Below the pieces are notes generated by a model. That model saw only the letters and a list, made by a program, of their open reading frames with translations. It searched no databases and was not told the origin of the DNA. Position numbers and translations under genes: made by a program. Positions 33,701-44,703 of a stretch of DNA of 64,000 nt are shown one piece after another (the first letter of the stretch is position 1; each line of letters begins with the position of its first letter). The DNA is from Eukaryota sp. TZLM1-RC (Eukaryota; Protista; Metamonada: BaSk clade), in NCBI GenBank assembly GCA_040285825.1, contig JAUPSS010000001.1:3100001-3164000 (forward strand). The letters run 5' to 3'.

Positions 33701-33919
33701 CTTTTTATACAATTTGGTGTATGCAAATCTCAAGGAAACCAAATTTCTGGGTGGAATTTCTTGAATCAATTGATTATTAAGCAATCGAATTTAATAGACT
33801 AATGTCTATAAATTATGTTGTTTTTGTTGTGTAATTGAAATTTATGTTCAAGCGCAAACAAAAACCTAAGCAAAAAACTGGAAGTCGATTTTTTCGATAC
33901 ACGCATTAACATCATCAAA

Positions 33920-35050
33920 TCTCTTAAGTGCGCGATTTTCTTATTCTCTTCCTAATTTTAACACTGTTTTTGAGTAGCATTTCTGGAATTGCTTTAAGAA
34001 TACTAAAAATATTCTGTTATGTCAGAAATTACAGTGCAATTCTTTTCCTGCTCCTTCTTTCATTAAACATCTGAAACATTCGACAGATTTAATACAAGAT
34101 ATTCCATTGCTAGCAAAAAGAGAAACAACAAATGGAACCAGCTCAAACTTCATATGTTCAGCACGCCCATGCTAAGATGAAGGCTCCTTATATTTTGCTC
34201 TTTTCAGAAAAGCAAAGTGAATTTTCATATTTTTTTAGAAAAATGAATTGCTGATTTTTTACAAACATCTACAGTGACAGCATCAACAACTTTGATAACA
34301 ACATCAGACCCAGGAGTTATTTAATCAGCATGGCGTTTTCCAAAAATATTTTCATCTTGATTTTCAGGTGACAATTTACACACAAGTGGTTCGACACTGA
34401 TTTCTGCACATATAGTTGGTCTCTAACAGCATCGTGAACATCTGAGCGATATCTAAGATTAAATTTGCAATTAAATAAATGATTCAAAATAATTGACTGA
34501 TAACAACGACAAATCAAATCAGTTGACACACTGCACGGCCAAAGAAAAACCCTCATTTTCTGGGCAGTTGTCCATTGACGTTCATTTGATAATAAACCAT
34601 AAACATATGGAATCTGGAAAACGAGACAACTTGAGCTATTTTCCTTAAGATCAATTAAAAAGTGGGCAAAATCGTGATTCTTTTTTTGCCATGCTAAGAC
34701 GAACATCAAAATCCAAGTTTGCAAAAAGTTCTAAGTTTTTTCTACAATTTGTCGTATGCAAATCTCAAGAAAACCAAACTTCTGGGTGGAATTTCTTGAA
34801 TATCAGCAGGAAGGCATTTGGACCAGATGTGAGCAAAGAGGCATTCAATTTCATTCTGCAAAGATACTACATAACCACTAACACAATGGTCTATTAAATG
34901 TATGTTTTCATGAAAATGTTTCAAAAATTCAAAGATGACTGCTTTGCATCCACCAGTAAATGCAGCTTAACACAAATATTTAAATTTGTAAAAATCTAGG
35001 CCTCTTAATTCTGTGCTACGAAAAAGGAATCAATGTCAAGCAAATTAGCC
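33920..35050 (-). mobile_element. Heavily degenerate CRE-like 3' region
   Basis: WSKCLP..IQEIPPRSL, QIPYVYGLL, HLFNCK..HDAVRDQLY; many frameshifts. Confidence 0.75.
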
Positions 35051-35735
35051 AAAAATGGTGTGCTTGATCGATTAAAAGTTCTTCAATCTCCAAATGTTAA
35101 TATAAATTTTCAACCTGATTTTATAATTAGAGGAATGGCTGATAATAAATTACTGGCTGGCGTTCTTATAGAAATGTAAATTTAATTTCAGTTATAAATA
35201 CAAATGTTGATTATCCAAGTAAGGAAAGTAGATTGCCTCGTATTGATTTGTCAAGAATATCGCTTTATTGCGCTCTCGAATTAAATTTGCCACAATTAAT
35301 AGATTGCCTCTGTTTTTCAATCGAAATAGTGAAGCTTTAGCTAGACAACAAGTAGATCAAGATTTTGTGCGAAATCTTGGCTAAATGAATTTCGTCCCAT
35401 TAGTTCTGAGGTTATTTTGTTGAGTGTGGAACTTCAATAAATATATTATGAATACTAATGGTGAAACAATTCCATTCGGGTTTTCGGCTAGAGACACCAA
35501 ATCTTGGTAGTTTCCCCTATCAACTATTGTAAACCAAAGACAAAAGTCCTTAAAGGTCAGACAAGTTTCCTCCAGTCAGTGCAAAAGAAATATAGTAAAG
35601 TATTTATCCCAAGGACATACAATTAGTTTTGTGTTGATCGAAATTATTTACATTTTTATACAGCATATCTAAGCAGTCTATTATTCAAAATTGTTTTTTA
35701 TCTTTTAATTTTTTGAAAATACACGAAAAACATTT

Positions 35736-37790
35736 TTACCACCTGAATAAACAATCTTTGATGTATGATTCAACTGAAAGGGTTTCTCCCTTAAAAAAGA
35801 TACCATCCAGAAACAAAGCATATTCATAACGCTTTTCAGCATCCCATCCTGTATAGAAGACATAGAAGGTGCCAGTTGCAGAATCAAAGGTTACAAAATC
35901 AGTTTCAAAAAGATCTACCATTTCATCACGGTCGTTAAATGAAGGATCATTGTTTCTAAATGAATTATGAGAAACAACCACGCCGTGAATCGCAGAATTA
36001 CAAGTTGGACACGAAGAATATTTCTTGACCCATGACACCAAGCATTGTAACGTACAGACAGTATGGCCACATGCAAGTGCTGTTTGTTCATTCGCAGTTT
36101 TATGACAGATGTTGCATTTTGAGAGGCGAGAATCCGTCTCTGGAGCATTGGAAGACTGTGATGTGGATTCAACAGTCGGTTCAGCTTGAGGTACATTAGG
36201 AATCGATTTTACCAACAGGTTGTCTCTCTTAAAATGAAAACCATTTAAAGTGGAAGCTTCTTGACAACGTGCCTCAGCATTTTCTCCGGTGTAGGTTACA
36301 TATAAGCAGCAAGTTTTGGGATCAAATGTTGTCCAATCAGCATCGAAGAGATCTGCTATTTCTTCTTGGTAATCCAGAAGGAAAACTAGGGATACTACTA
36401 AATGGTAATTAGAATCCATCAACAATGTTGATTCAGCAGGAACATTGATTCTATTGTGGGAATAGGATGGGCGTCGCCACGTCCGCACAACACTAGTAAT
36501 GTGTATATGTCTACTATTGTGGACAACAAAGTCATTTCTAGCGAGGTTAATTACTTTCAAGGTATTATTGTTGAGTAAAGCTTTTGACAGCATTCCAAAA
36601 CCCTTTATGTCAATATTATTGCCACTCAAGTCCAAACATTCTAAAACTTGATTTCTTTCAATAAGATCTGCAACAAATGAAATACCAACGACATCACCAT
36701 TAGCTATCCCAATACGATTTTCAGCAAGATCCAACTCGACAACGTGCATGTTGAGAAATAGAGCGGAACAAAGCAATCGAGCACCCTCGTGACCAATGCG
36801 GTTTCCCCATAAATTAACCTTTTTCAGTGATGTATTAAAACGAAACACATTCGAAAGGGTAGTCATACCTTGATCACCAATGTCATTTCTGGACAGATCT
36901 ATTTCTCTGATGTTGATGTGGGTTTTGAGCACTCGAGCAAGCGTTTTAGCTCCATTTGGTCCAAGCTTATTGCTCGAAAGATTCAGACTTCTAACTGAGT
37001 GGTTGTTTGCTATTCCTTGAGTTAGCTCTGTTAAGTTTTGAAGATTCATTCTGGAACCTGAAAGATAAAGCGACTCCAATGAATTAGTTTCACTCAGGAG
37101 GTCTTTAATAACACAAAAAGAACTGTGAGAAAGTTCAGCGCCAGAAAGGTCAAGGGACTGGATACAACAATCTTTTCTCGCTGCTTCAAGTAATAGAAGC
37201 GCTTCTTCTTCCAATAACTGACGTTGGCAAAGAGATAAACCTGTTTCTGTGCACTTAATCTTCGGCGGAAGTGTTTTCAATACTTTACGAAGAGTAACGA
37301 TACAAATAACACGCTTGACGATCAGAAGGTAGCACCTAGTCAGCAGAACTAGTTCGATTAGACAAACAACCAGATCTATGAAGAAATGTGGAACTCCTTT
37401 GATCAGCATAATACTGCAGAGAACTGCAATGATGGTAGTGGAGGACATTTCAATACTGGTGTTACGTTTGAAATGGCGAAGTATTTGTGCTCCGTATTTG
37501 AAAGCGATATAAGAACACACCAGTAGCAATGTAAAGGTAGATGGCTTCGAGAACATCATGTCCAGCGAATATTGGATAGAGATGACGACAATGCATAAAA
37601 TAAAGACGGTCAATCTATGCTTGACAGAGTTCAACAACCTTTTGGTTTTTGCTTCCCAGAAGAAGTTAAATGACTTGCTGACCTGAGAAGAGAAGAATAA
37701 ACCCGTAGGAGAGAGTAGTAAGTGCTTCCACTCGAGGTAGATGGATGTAAGATCGAGTGACATTGATTGTCGAGGATTCAAAATCGACAT
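35736..37790 (-). CDS. Multi-TM, RNI-like LRR, RING and two RRM-like repeats (putative membrane E3 ligase)
   Basis: Hydrophobic N-terminal helices; LxxLxLxxNxIGxxG LRRs; CNIC..CGH..C...C..CPTC RING flanked by two similar ~55-aa repeats. Confidence 0.8.
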   Translation of the reverse strand: MSILNPRQSMSLDLTSIYLEWKHLLLSPTGLFFSSQVSKSFNFFWEAKTKRLLNSVKHRLTVFILCIVVISIQYSLDMMFSKPSTFTLLLVCSYIAFKYGAQILRHFKRNTSIEMSSTTIIAVLCSIMLIKGVPHFFIDLVVCLIELVLLTRCYLLIVKRVICIVTLRKVLKTLPPKIKCTETGLSLCQRQLLEEEALLLLEAARKDCCIQSLDLSGAELSHSSFCVIKDLLSETNSLESLYLSGSRMNLQNLTELTQGIANNHSVRSLNLSSNKLGPNGAKTLARVLKTHINIREIDLSRNDIGDQGMTTLSNVFRFNTSLKKVNLWGNRIGHEGARLLCSALFLNMHVVELDLAENRIGIANGDVVGISFVADLIERNQVLECLDLSGNNIDIKGFGMLSKALLNNNTLKVINLARNDFVVHNSRHIHITSVVRTWRRPSYSHNRINVPAESTLLMDSNYHLVVSLVFLLDYQEEIADLFDADWTTFDPKTCCLYVTYTGENAEARCQEASTLNGFHFKRDNLLVKSIPNVPQAEPTVESTSQSSNAPETDSRLSKCNICHKTANEQTALACGHTVCTLQCLVSWVKKYSSCPTCNSAIHGVVVSHNSFRNNDPSFNDRDEMVDLFETDFVTFDSATGTFYVFYTGWDAEKRYEYALFLDGIFFKGETLSVESYIKDCLFRW

Positions 37791-37992
37791 TGCTGCTTGT
37801 GTCAATCAATCAATGTTGTTGTTTGATGCATTTTACCATTCATTGGCCGTATAGCTTGTTTAACTACATTGAATACATTTATTGAGGTTTTCAGGGCAAC
37901 ACCATTTTGTGAAAACTTGCAATTGCTTATAAGACGACAATTGCTTCGAAAAATGACTGATTTTCGTCTTATTAAAATTATTAATCTAGACA

Positions 37993-38172
37993 TGATGGCT
38001 GTGGGCTAGGGTTAGACATATGTATAGAGAGAGTAATTTATTTCGACGCTATAGTGAATTTCAATACCATCATTAGTGAAGTCTCGATGAATGAACAACA
38101 AATAAACATTAAGCTAATATACAAAAATATATAGATAAGTATATCTACACTCTAATAGTGCAAAGACTAACA
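37993..38172 (-). mobile_element. Solo LTR related to the 10558-17911 element
   Basis: TG...CA ends; shares gggttagacat, gagtaatttatt and ctaaca; perfect 4-bp TSD GACA. Confidence 0.85.
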
Positions 38173-38199
38173 GACAGGTGGAATTTTACATTATCAAGT

Positions 38200-38790
38200 A
38201 GTTTATTTAATACAAAAACTATTTTTTCTATTTAACAATCAACGTGAAATACTGAGCTTGCAACACTTTTAAGCCACCGCCCATGGTGTTTTTATCATTG
38301 TGCAATATCAGACAACCATATACGAAATTCAAATTCTCGAGTACAAAAGATGCGGTACGAGAATTTGGGAGCTTGAAGTGCAAATTGTTCACAGAATGAT
38401 TTCGTTGTAAATTTTGGAATTGATAGTGTTTCCATTAGTGCAACACAACTTTTAGCGACTATGCCTCTCGTAGAAAATTTCAAAAGGAAAAGATTCAACC
38501 AAAAATTTAGATTGGACACTAACAATTCAAGGTTCTGATATTTCGAACCTTTTAGTACATATCTACTATCTCAGTACTGTTCTATCGCTGATGTTAACTC
38601 ACAAATCAGGAAAGTTTTCCTTTTTGCATCATCAGTGTTTTTTGAGATAAGAATAAGATCAGGTCTGAATTCAGCCACAAAAAAAGGAAAATTTACATAA
38701 TGATTTGTGTGAAAAGGTGAATTACAAGAAACATCTCAATCATCTAGGAATTACTTGTTTTCTACAACATTCCAACCTTTCAGTAGCATA
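38200..38790 (-). mobile_element. 3' fragment of RLE non-LTR family D
   Basis: EFRPDLILI..LICELT..KGSKYQNL..FSTRG..LSIP..SYRIF, followed by the conserved tail and AATAAA. Confidence 0.75.
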
Positions 38791-38794
38791 TCAA

Positions 38795-38900
38795 CGTCAG
38801 CCTTGTGGTATCATTTAATCGCTTGATGAAGGTCTTTCGTTACACCTTTACCTACTTCATAAAATTCACCCCGATTAAGCATTCCACAAAGATTCCGTAA
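38795..38900 (-). pseudogene. Sel1-like repeat remnant
   Basis: GEFYEVGKGVTKDLHQAIK*YHKA matches the Sel1 consensus, with W replaced by a stop. Confidence 0.55.
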
Positions 38901-38914
38901 TTCAGCAGCTTTTG

Positions 38915-40140
38915 GGTTATTGTATTTATTGAATTTGCACACTTAATTAAATTAACTCATAACTAATGGGACGACTATCATTGAACCAAGATTTGCTCTA
39001 CAAAATCTTGATCTGCTTGCTGTCTAGCTAAAGCTTCTTTTATTCGATTGAAAACCGAGGAAATCTATTAATAATGGCAAATTTAATCGGTGAACGCCAT
39101 AAAAAAACATCAAATCTTTTCATTGTTTTTTCTTGCACCATTTTTTAGAAGTCATTCAAAAAAATTTCTGCTTCATCTGATAATCTTCCATTTATGGAAA
39201 ATAGGAAAGCAATAAAAACCAGCTGTGTATTTCTATCATAATTAGCCTCTTCAATATCTTTATCATATTTTCTATGTTTCTCTTTTGTTTTAAAATCAAG
39301 AGCAGTCACAGGATTAAGTTTTCTTCTGTGAACCAAAGTATCATTTGCAACATTACATGAGACAAAGTCAACAATAGCTTCAAAATTAGCAATCCAATCA
39401 CAGTATACATCACCTCTATCATCAGAACCAAAATTATTCAGAGAAAGTGTTTCCTTCAGCAGGGGCTCTTTGATACACGATATTCTTGCAGTTTGTGCCA
39501 TGTTGAAAACAGTGTCTCTAACAGCATCATGTAATGAAGAACGATAAGTTATCAATTTAGAACAATTTAGTGAGTTGAGGTGAATTCGAACAAATACATT
39601 TTTCTTTTGATAATATTTGATTAATGGGGATATTCAAATATAATCTCATTTTTGTTACAAATGCTTCATTAGTGGCACACAATCCAAATCTTCGTGGTAC
39701 AATGGTTACAAAAAGTGAAGAATCTGATGACTTACTTTCACAAACACCCTTTTCCAACAACAATGAGTGAAGATCTTGAATTAAAACAGCCGAGCCGCAT
39801 ATATTAAATATAGATCATTTTCATACATTCCAGTCAATCGTTTCTGTAATGTTCGAAGAGTGTACTTCAAATTTAAAAGATTCATTTCTGGAATATTGCC
39901 ATTGAATGATTGGGGAAAGCATCGACCCCATTTTTCTGCATCAATTTTTGAAATTTCTTCATTTAATGCAAAAACAGTGGAGCTTTGCGTTGCCATCAAT
40001 AAATCTTCCCAATCTGCAAATCTCGGATGTGGAGTTTTAATTGTGTATTTCATATTTGTTGTTGAATAAAAATAAAAGGATTCAAAAAAAATCTGCAAAT
40101 CTTTCGGAAAACTCAAAGATTGCATTTCTGCATTCACCAA
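38915..40140 (-). mobile_element. 5'-truncated CRE-like family B copy
   Basis: Same RLE region and 3' tail as 32655-33500, with frameshifts and stops. Confidence 0.9.
40024..40089 (+). mobile_element. 66-nt family A 3'-end insertion with 13-bp TSD, nested in family B
   Basis: gatgtggagttttaattgtgtatttcatatttgttgttgaataaaa matches the 3' end of 57323-60518; flanked by aatctgcaaatct at 40011-40023 and 40090-40102. Confidence 0.85.
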
Positions 40141-40453
40141 CAAAAGCACACGAGGTAAGAATAGAAGCCTTCGTCCACCCTAAACCGCCATAATGTGGAC
40201 TAAGGTAAGACTAAGGTTTGGGTTATAGAAAACTGCTAGAAAACAATGTTGTTCACCTTCACTACTGTGGTAAAAACAACCTAACTTATTCATAGAGTTA
40301 TTCATAAATTTGACCAATGAATGTAATAAGCATCCAATGATCAAAAAACGAATCTAGGAACTTCAAATGGTTAACAAATCAAATTTGTTTTTGATTTAAT
40401 CCTCTGCTTTCTTTTCAGCGAAGACAAACGTTTCTTTACTTCATAGTCCTCAA

Positions 40454-41104
40454 ATGATGCAGAAGAATGCTGTTCTAACTATTGAAAGGGCATTTCTACA
40501 GTATTCAGATCGTACCATCTTCAGATTCTATCACAACTTGCTATCTAAAGTTAATGACATTGATCCACGTCAAATATTACGTTCAATACATCCTAGTGAA
40601 GCCAAACTTATAGAAAGATTTATGCATGTTCGCTTTCGTCTTTCAGGAAACTCATTTCCACCAATGTTGGTTTACAAAATCTTTGTTAATAGTAATGTTG
40701 CTGATATCAACTCATTCGCCCCACGTGACTATCACCAATCCAATGAACGTCTCCCTGCTGAACTTGCTGATCGATCTCACTGGTATCATCGTAATGACGA
40801 CTCTCTCAACCCATGGCGTCCTGTCTCCGAATCTTCACTTGCTCAGCTCATTGGTATAGCCTCCCTAGAAGCTCCTGTTGCTGTTCTCCCTCCAAAACCC
40901 AAGCCAAGTTGGCATTGGTCTAAGCTGAAGAGAAGGCAGGACGTTCAGCAAAGGCGTATATCAAGGAGAATTGAGTGGTTGAGGAAAACATATAATGGAT
41001 CAAGAATTAGTGAAGACACGGAAGATTTATTTGAATTTGTAGAAAATTTAGATTTTGATGATTACATTGAACAATGGGAAAATTTGGCTATTTCAGCCAA
41101 TTAA
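40454..41104 (+). CDS. C11orf65/MFI-like protein
   Basis: IQ-like start, DPR.IL..I.P.EA, HVRFRL.G..FPP...YKIF, SFAPRDY, WY.R....N.WRPV, EWLRK.Y, LDFDDY...W..LA. Confidence 0.82.
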   Translation: MMQKNAVLTIERAFLQYSDRTIFRFYHNLLSKVNDIDPRQILRSIHPSEAKLIERFMHVRFRLSGNSFPPMLVYKIFVNSNVADINSFAPRDYHQSNERLPAELADRSHWYHRNDDSLNPWRPVSESSLAQLIGIASLEAPVAVLPPKPKPSWHWSKLKRRQDVQQRRISRRIEWLRKTYNGSRISEDTEDLFEFVENLDFDDYIEQWENLAISAN

Positions 41105-41444
41105 TTTTTAATTAATTTTTTGTATCACATTATTCATTAGAAATAATAGATTATTTGCTAAAGGTGTTTTTAAACATTTTACTGTTACTTTTTTTGGAAA
41201 AGTTTTTATTTTGTATAAATTTGTATTATTATATTTCGTTGATGGAACATGAAAGACACATTTGTTGTGACCCTGATGGTCAATTATCACGTCAGCAATC
41301 GTCTGGTTGATTAACAATTTTGAGACGACCTAAACACTAGAGCTTTGTATAATTAATCATTCTCTAAATGTCAAGTTCCATTAAGCCCAGACTCTAAAAC
41401 ATAGATTTAACCTAAAGAATTTAATCAAATACAAGTTCCATTTA

Positions 41445-42083
41445 TTATTCAAATGCATTAGCTCTATCTGGAAACAACTCTGCCATTGAAGGTAAACTTG
41501 AAGGACTTGGAGGTTGCTTACGTGGCACCTTCTTAGATGACGTTTGACGACTTTCTCGATTAAATGGACTTGTAGAGAATAGATCTTCGTCTGGATCAGG
41601 TAAGTCCTTGGGACTTGGAGCTACCTGTGCAGCACTATCAGCATACGTACAAGAAGCTCTTCTGAGTGGTTTGGCCTTTGGTGTTGTTTTGTTCTTGTTC
41701 CTAGGGACATACGACCGTTGCTTCTTACAGGAAGACTGGGTTGTGGTGGACGTAGAAGTGGGAGTCTGGGGAGGTGAGGGAGGTGAAGTGGTGTGCGGTG
41801 TTGTGTCTTGGGTGAATGAGAAATCTAGTGTGCAAGATGGGATACTACCTGAGGGATATGGTTTGCCAGAAGCAGGAGTAACCCTGATTCCCTGTGTGGG
41901 AATAGGTCGTTGTGATTGAGGAGTAGATTCCATTGGTTCACCAGGAACAAAGACCCCTCTAGTCTTGCACCACTGACGTGGACGCAGACCCTCAACATTC
42001 ACAGTAGAATGATCTGTGATTGTAAGTGATTCATTGACAGACTCATCAGCATTGAAAAAGTTAACTAGTGGTCTTCCTTCCAT
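41445..42083 (-). CDS. Low-complexity S/P/T-rich protein with PNRC/Edc1-like motifs
   Basis: TYADSAAQVAPSPKDLPDP and PPSPSSLPS; the same blocks are conserved in a paralogue at 57037-57310. Confidence 0.6.
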   Translation of the reverse strand: MEGRPLVNFFNADESVNESLTITDHSTVNVEGLRPRQWCKTRGVFVPGEPMESTPQSQRPIPTQGIRVTPASGKPYPSGSIPSCTLDFSFTQDTTPHTTSPPSPPQTPTSTSTTTQSSCKKQRSYVPRNKNKTTPKAKPLRRASCTYADSAAQVAPSPKDLPDPDEDLFSTSPFNRESRQTSSKKVPRKQPPSPSSLPSMAELFPDRANAFE

Positions 42084-42237
42084 TTAGAAGAGAAATTGTT
42101 GCTTTAAGAGGTAATATTTGGAGAGTTGAAGGTGTTGAAGGTTGAGCAGTGAAAAAAATTCGCAGATTCACTTGCAGGAAATTCCCATAAGTACATCTAT
42201 TACATCTATCTATTTTCGTGTGGAATAATTACAAAAA

Positions 42238-43820
42238 CTATCTACAACACAGATACTGAGGCCTTTCATTACCACTCATTCTCGCTTCAGCAACTGCAAA
42301 CATATTCAGACAAGCCAGCTTTTTTCTATTGAAAAGCTTTGTTGAGCCTTTGTTACTGAGTTTGCAAGTCTCACTACTACAAGCTAATAAACTATGACAT
42401 GTAGTAACAGGAGTCTTTTCTCTTCTATAGAATCTGGGATTTGTTACTCTCAAAAACGTAGCAACCTTTTCAAAACAAACAGGACATTTTGCTGAAGTGA
42501 AAGCTTCATTAATCATCAACACTTCAAATCCATTGCTTTTCAGAAATTGAATCCATCCACTGCCTCTAGTAGGTCTCTGATGTTTCAAATTCTTAAAACC
42601 TTTTTACCATAAACACCCATTAGTATCAAAGTGTCTTTTGGATCGCCAAACTGCTGCACAAGTTTTTTTACAATCAACTTTCAGTCTTTTGCTTGTGAAT
42701 AAAAGCTTGCATTTTATGAATGCTCCACAAGTCAAGACTATAAAAGTCTTGCCGAAGTTTGGCAATCATAAAGTTGGAAAAATCTACAAAAGTTGCTGAA
42801 TTGGCAGCAAATGCAGATAATTCGGTGTTTGCATCTTCAATTGTCATTTCGTTAGATTCTATCATTTGGTTCCTGTCGTAATCAACCTCAGTATACTTTG
42901 TCGCCCATAGTTTTTGCTTTTCATTCATCCTATTTTTCAAAGACCAGGACATCTGAGTCATTCTCAACCATTTGTACTTCTTGTCTTGATTCATCACCCG
43001 ACCATTTCTTTTCTGTTCAGTTTCATGTTCAGTCACCATGGCTAGTTCTTCATCACTCTTTTTACTCCCAAAGTATAATAAATCACGTTTTCCAGGATCA
43101 CAAACAACAATTCGTTTGTCTTGAAAATCATCAACATCAACATAATGAATTTATAAATCAGAAATACTGGCCTTGTTGTCTGGCTTACATTTCTGACCTT
43201 GTAAATCCTAACGAACAAATTCTACTGCAAGAATAAATCCATCTGTATGTTTAATTTTGTTGAATCTATTGCTCTTCTTTTTGAACATTGGTTGGTTTAG
43301 ATCGAGAATATTAGACCAAAAGTCAAATTGTTCAGGTGGTTTGAATTTCGTAATTTGGGCTTGTGTATTGACCATTTTTATTCTCTGATCAGGCAACAAA
43401 TCGTCCATCAATGTTTGTCTAATAATTGTCTTTATTGTTCTTGTATCAATAGAAAAATATCCTGGACCTACAGTGGTTGAAACAGGAGAATTATGATAAG
43501 GTTTCTTCTCTCTACTGGAGATATATTGGGCAATTGTAATTGCTGGTTTAAGGAATATTTGAGGATCTTTTTCAACAACGTCTGCAAGAAACTGCATATC
43601 CACTGGAAATATGTTGTCAACTAAATTCTCGTCAGTGACCAAATTCTCAATTTGACAAGTAAATGGCTCAATAAGATTTTCAAATATGTCTCTAAGTTCA
43701 TTATTTCTTATATCAAGTTGTCCACATAAATCGAAAAATTCATCATTCAGAAGGTCTGAAATATTTTCAGGATGATGAAACAAAGAACTCAATAAAAGAA
43801 TTACAATAAAGGTTTTGAAT
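42238..43820 (-). pseudogene. Fanzor1-like pseudogene C, near-complete domain set
   Basis: DPQIFL..PGYFSIDT..FW..F..KHTDGF; RuvC-I IVVCDPGKRDLLYF (~43075-43110); FGDPKDTLILMG; PTRGSGW; INEAFTSAKCPVC; NPR..HSLLAC....C; FNRKKLACLNM (RuvC-III D lost); RPQYL. Several stops and a frameshift. Confidence 0.9.
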
Positions 43821-44655
43821 AAGATTTCCTCTACAAAATCTTGATCTGCTTGCTGTCTAGCTAATGCTTCTCTTATTCGATTGAAAAACCGAGGTAATCT
43901 ATTAATAATGGCAAATGGAATCCGTGACCGCCATAAAAAAACATCAAATCTTTTCATTGTTTTTTCTTGCACCATTTTTTGGAAGTCATTCAAAACAGTT
44001 TCTGGTTCAGCTGATAATCTGTTATTGATCGAAAATGGGAAAGCAATCACCAGCTGTGTATTTCTATCATCATTAGCCTCTTCAATATCTTTATCATATT
44101 TTCTATGTTTCTCTTTTGCTTTCAAATCAAGAGCAGTCACAGGATTAAGTTTTCTTCTGTGAACCAAAGTATCATTTGCAACATTACATGAGACACAGTC
44201 AACAATAGCTTCAGAATTATCAATCCAATCACAGTATACATCACCTCTATCGTCAGAACCAAAATTATTCAGAGAAAGTGTTTCCTTCAGCAGAGGCTCT
44301 TTGATACACGATATTCTTGCAGTTTGTGCCATATTGAAAACAGTGTCTCTAACAGCATCATGTAATGAAGAACGATAAGTTATCAATTTAGAACAATTCA
44401 GAGCATGGCGCAAAGTGAGTTGAGGGGAATTCGAACAAATACATTATTCTTTTGATAATAATTGATTAATGGGGATATTCAAATATAATCTCATTTTTGT
44501 TGCAGATGCTTCATTAGTGGCACACAATCCAAATCTTCGTGGTACAATGGTTACAAAAAGTGAAGAATCTGATGACCTGTTTTCACAAACGCCCTTTTCC
44601 AATAACAATGAGTGAAGATCTTGATTTAAAACAGCCAAGCTGCATAGATTATAGG
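43820..44655 (-). mobile_element. CRE-like family B fragment lacking its 3' tail, joined in frame to Fanzor C
   Basis: RLE region nearly identical to 32716-33500 up to DFVEEIL, then switches to Fanzor sequence. Confidence 0.88.
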
Positions 44656-44703
44656 TATAGTTTTGAATTTAAACTTTCAAATCGACCCAACTCATCCTCC
44701 TCA

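Noticed and set aside
39781-40149. 122-aa ORF
   Set aside because: It reads through the antisense 66-nt family A insertion inside a family B fragment.
40194-40345. Another possible solo LTR
   Set aside because: It has a TG start and AT-rich similarity, but no clear CA end with a matching TSD.
42090-42237. omegaRNA downstream of Fanzor C
   Set aside because: Only weak pairing (attcc/ggaat) and simple repeats; it cannot be supported without family alignment.
6717-43210. Stop-codon reassignment to explain in-frame stops in the Fanzors and gag
   Set aside because: Conserved host genes end normally with TAA or TGA and have no internal stops, the array genes end in TAG, and the elements also carry frameshifts.
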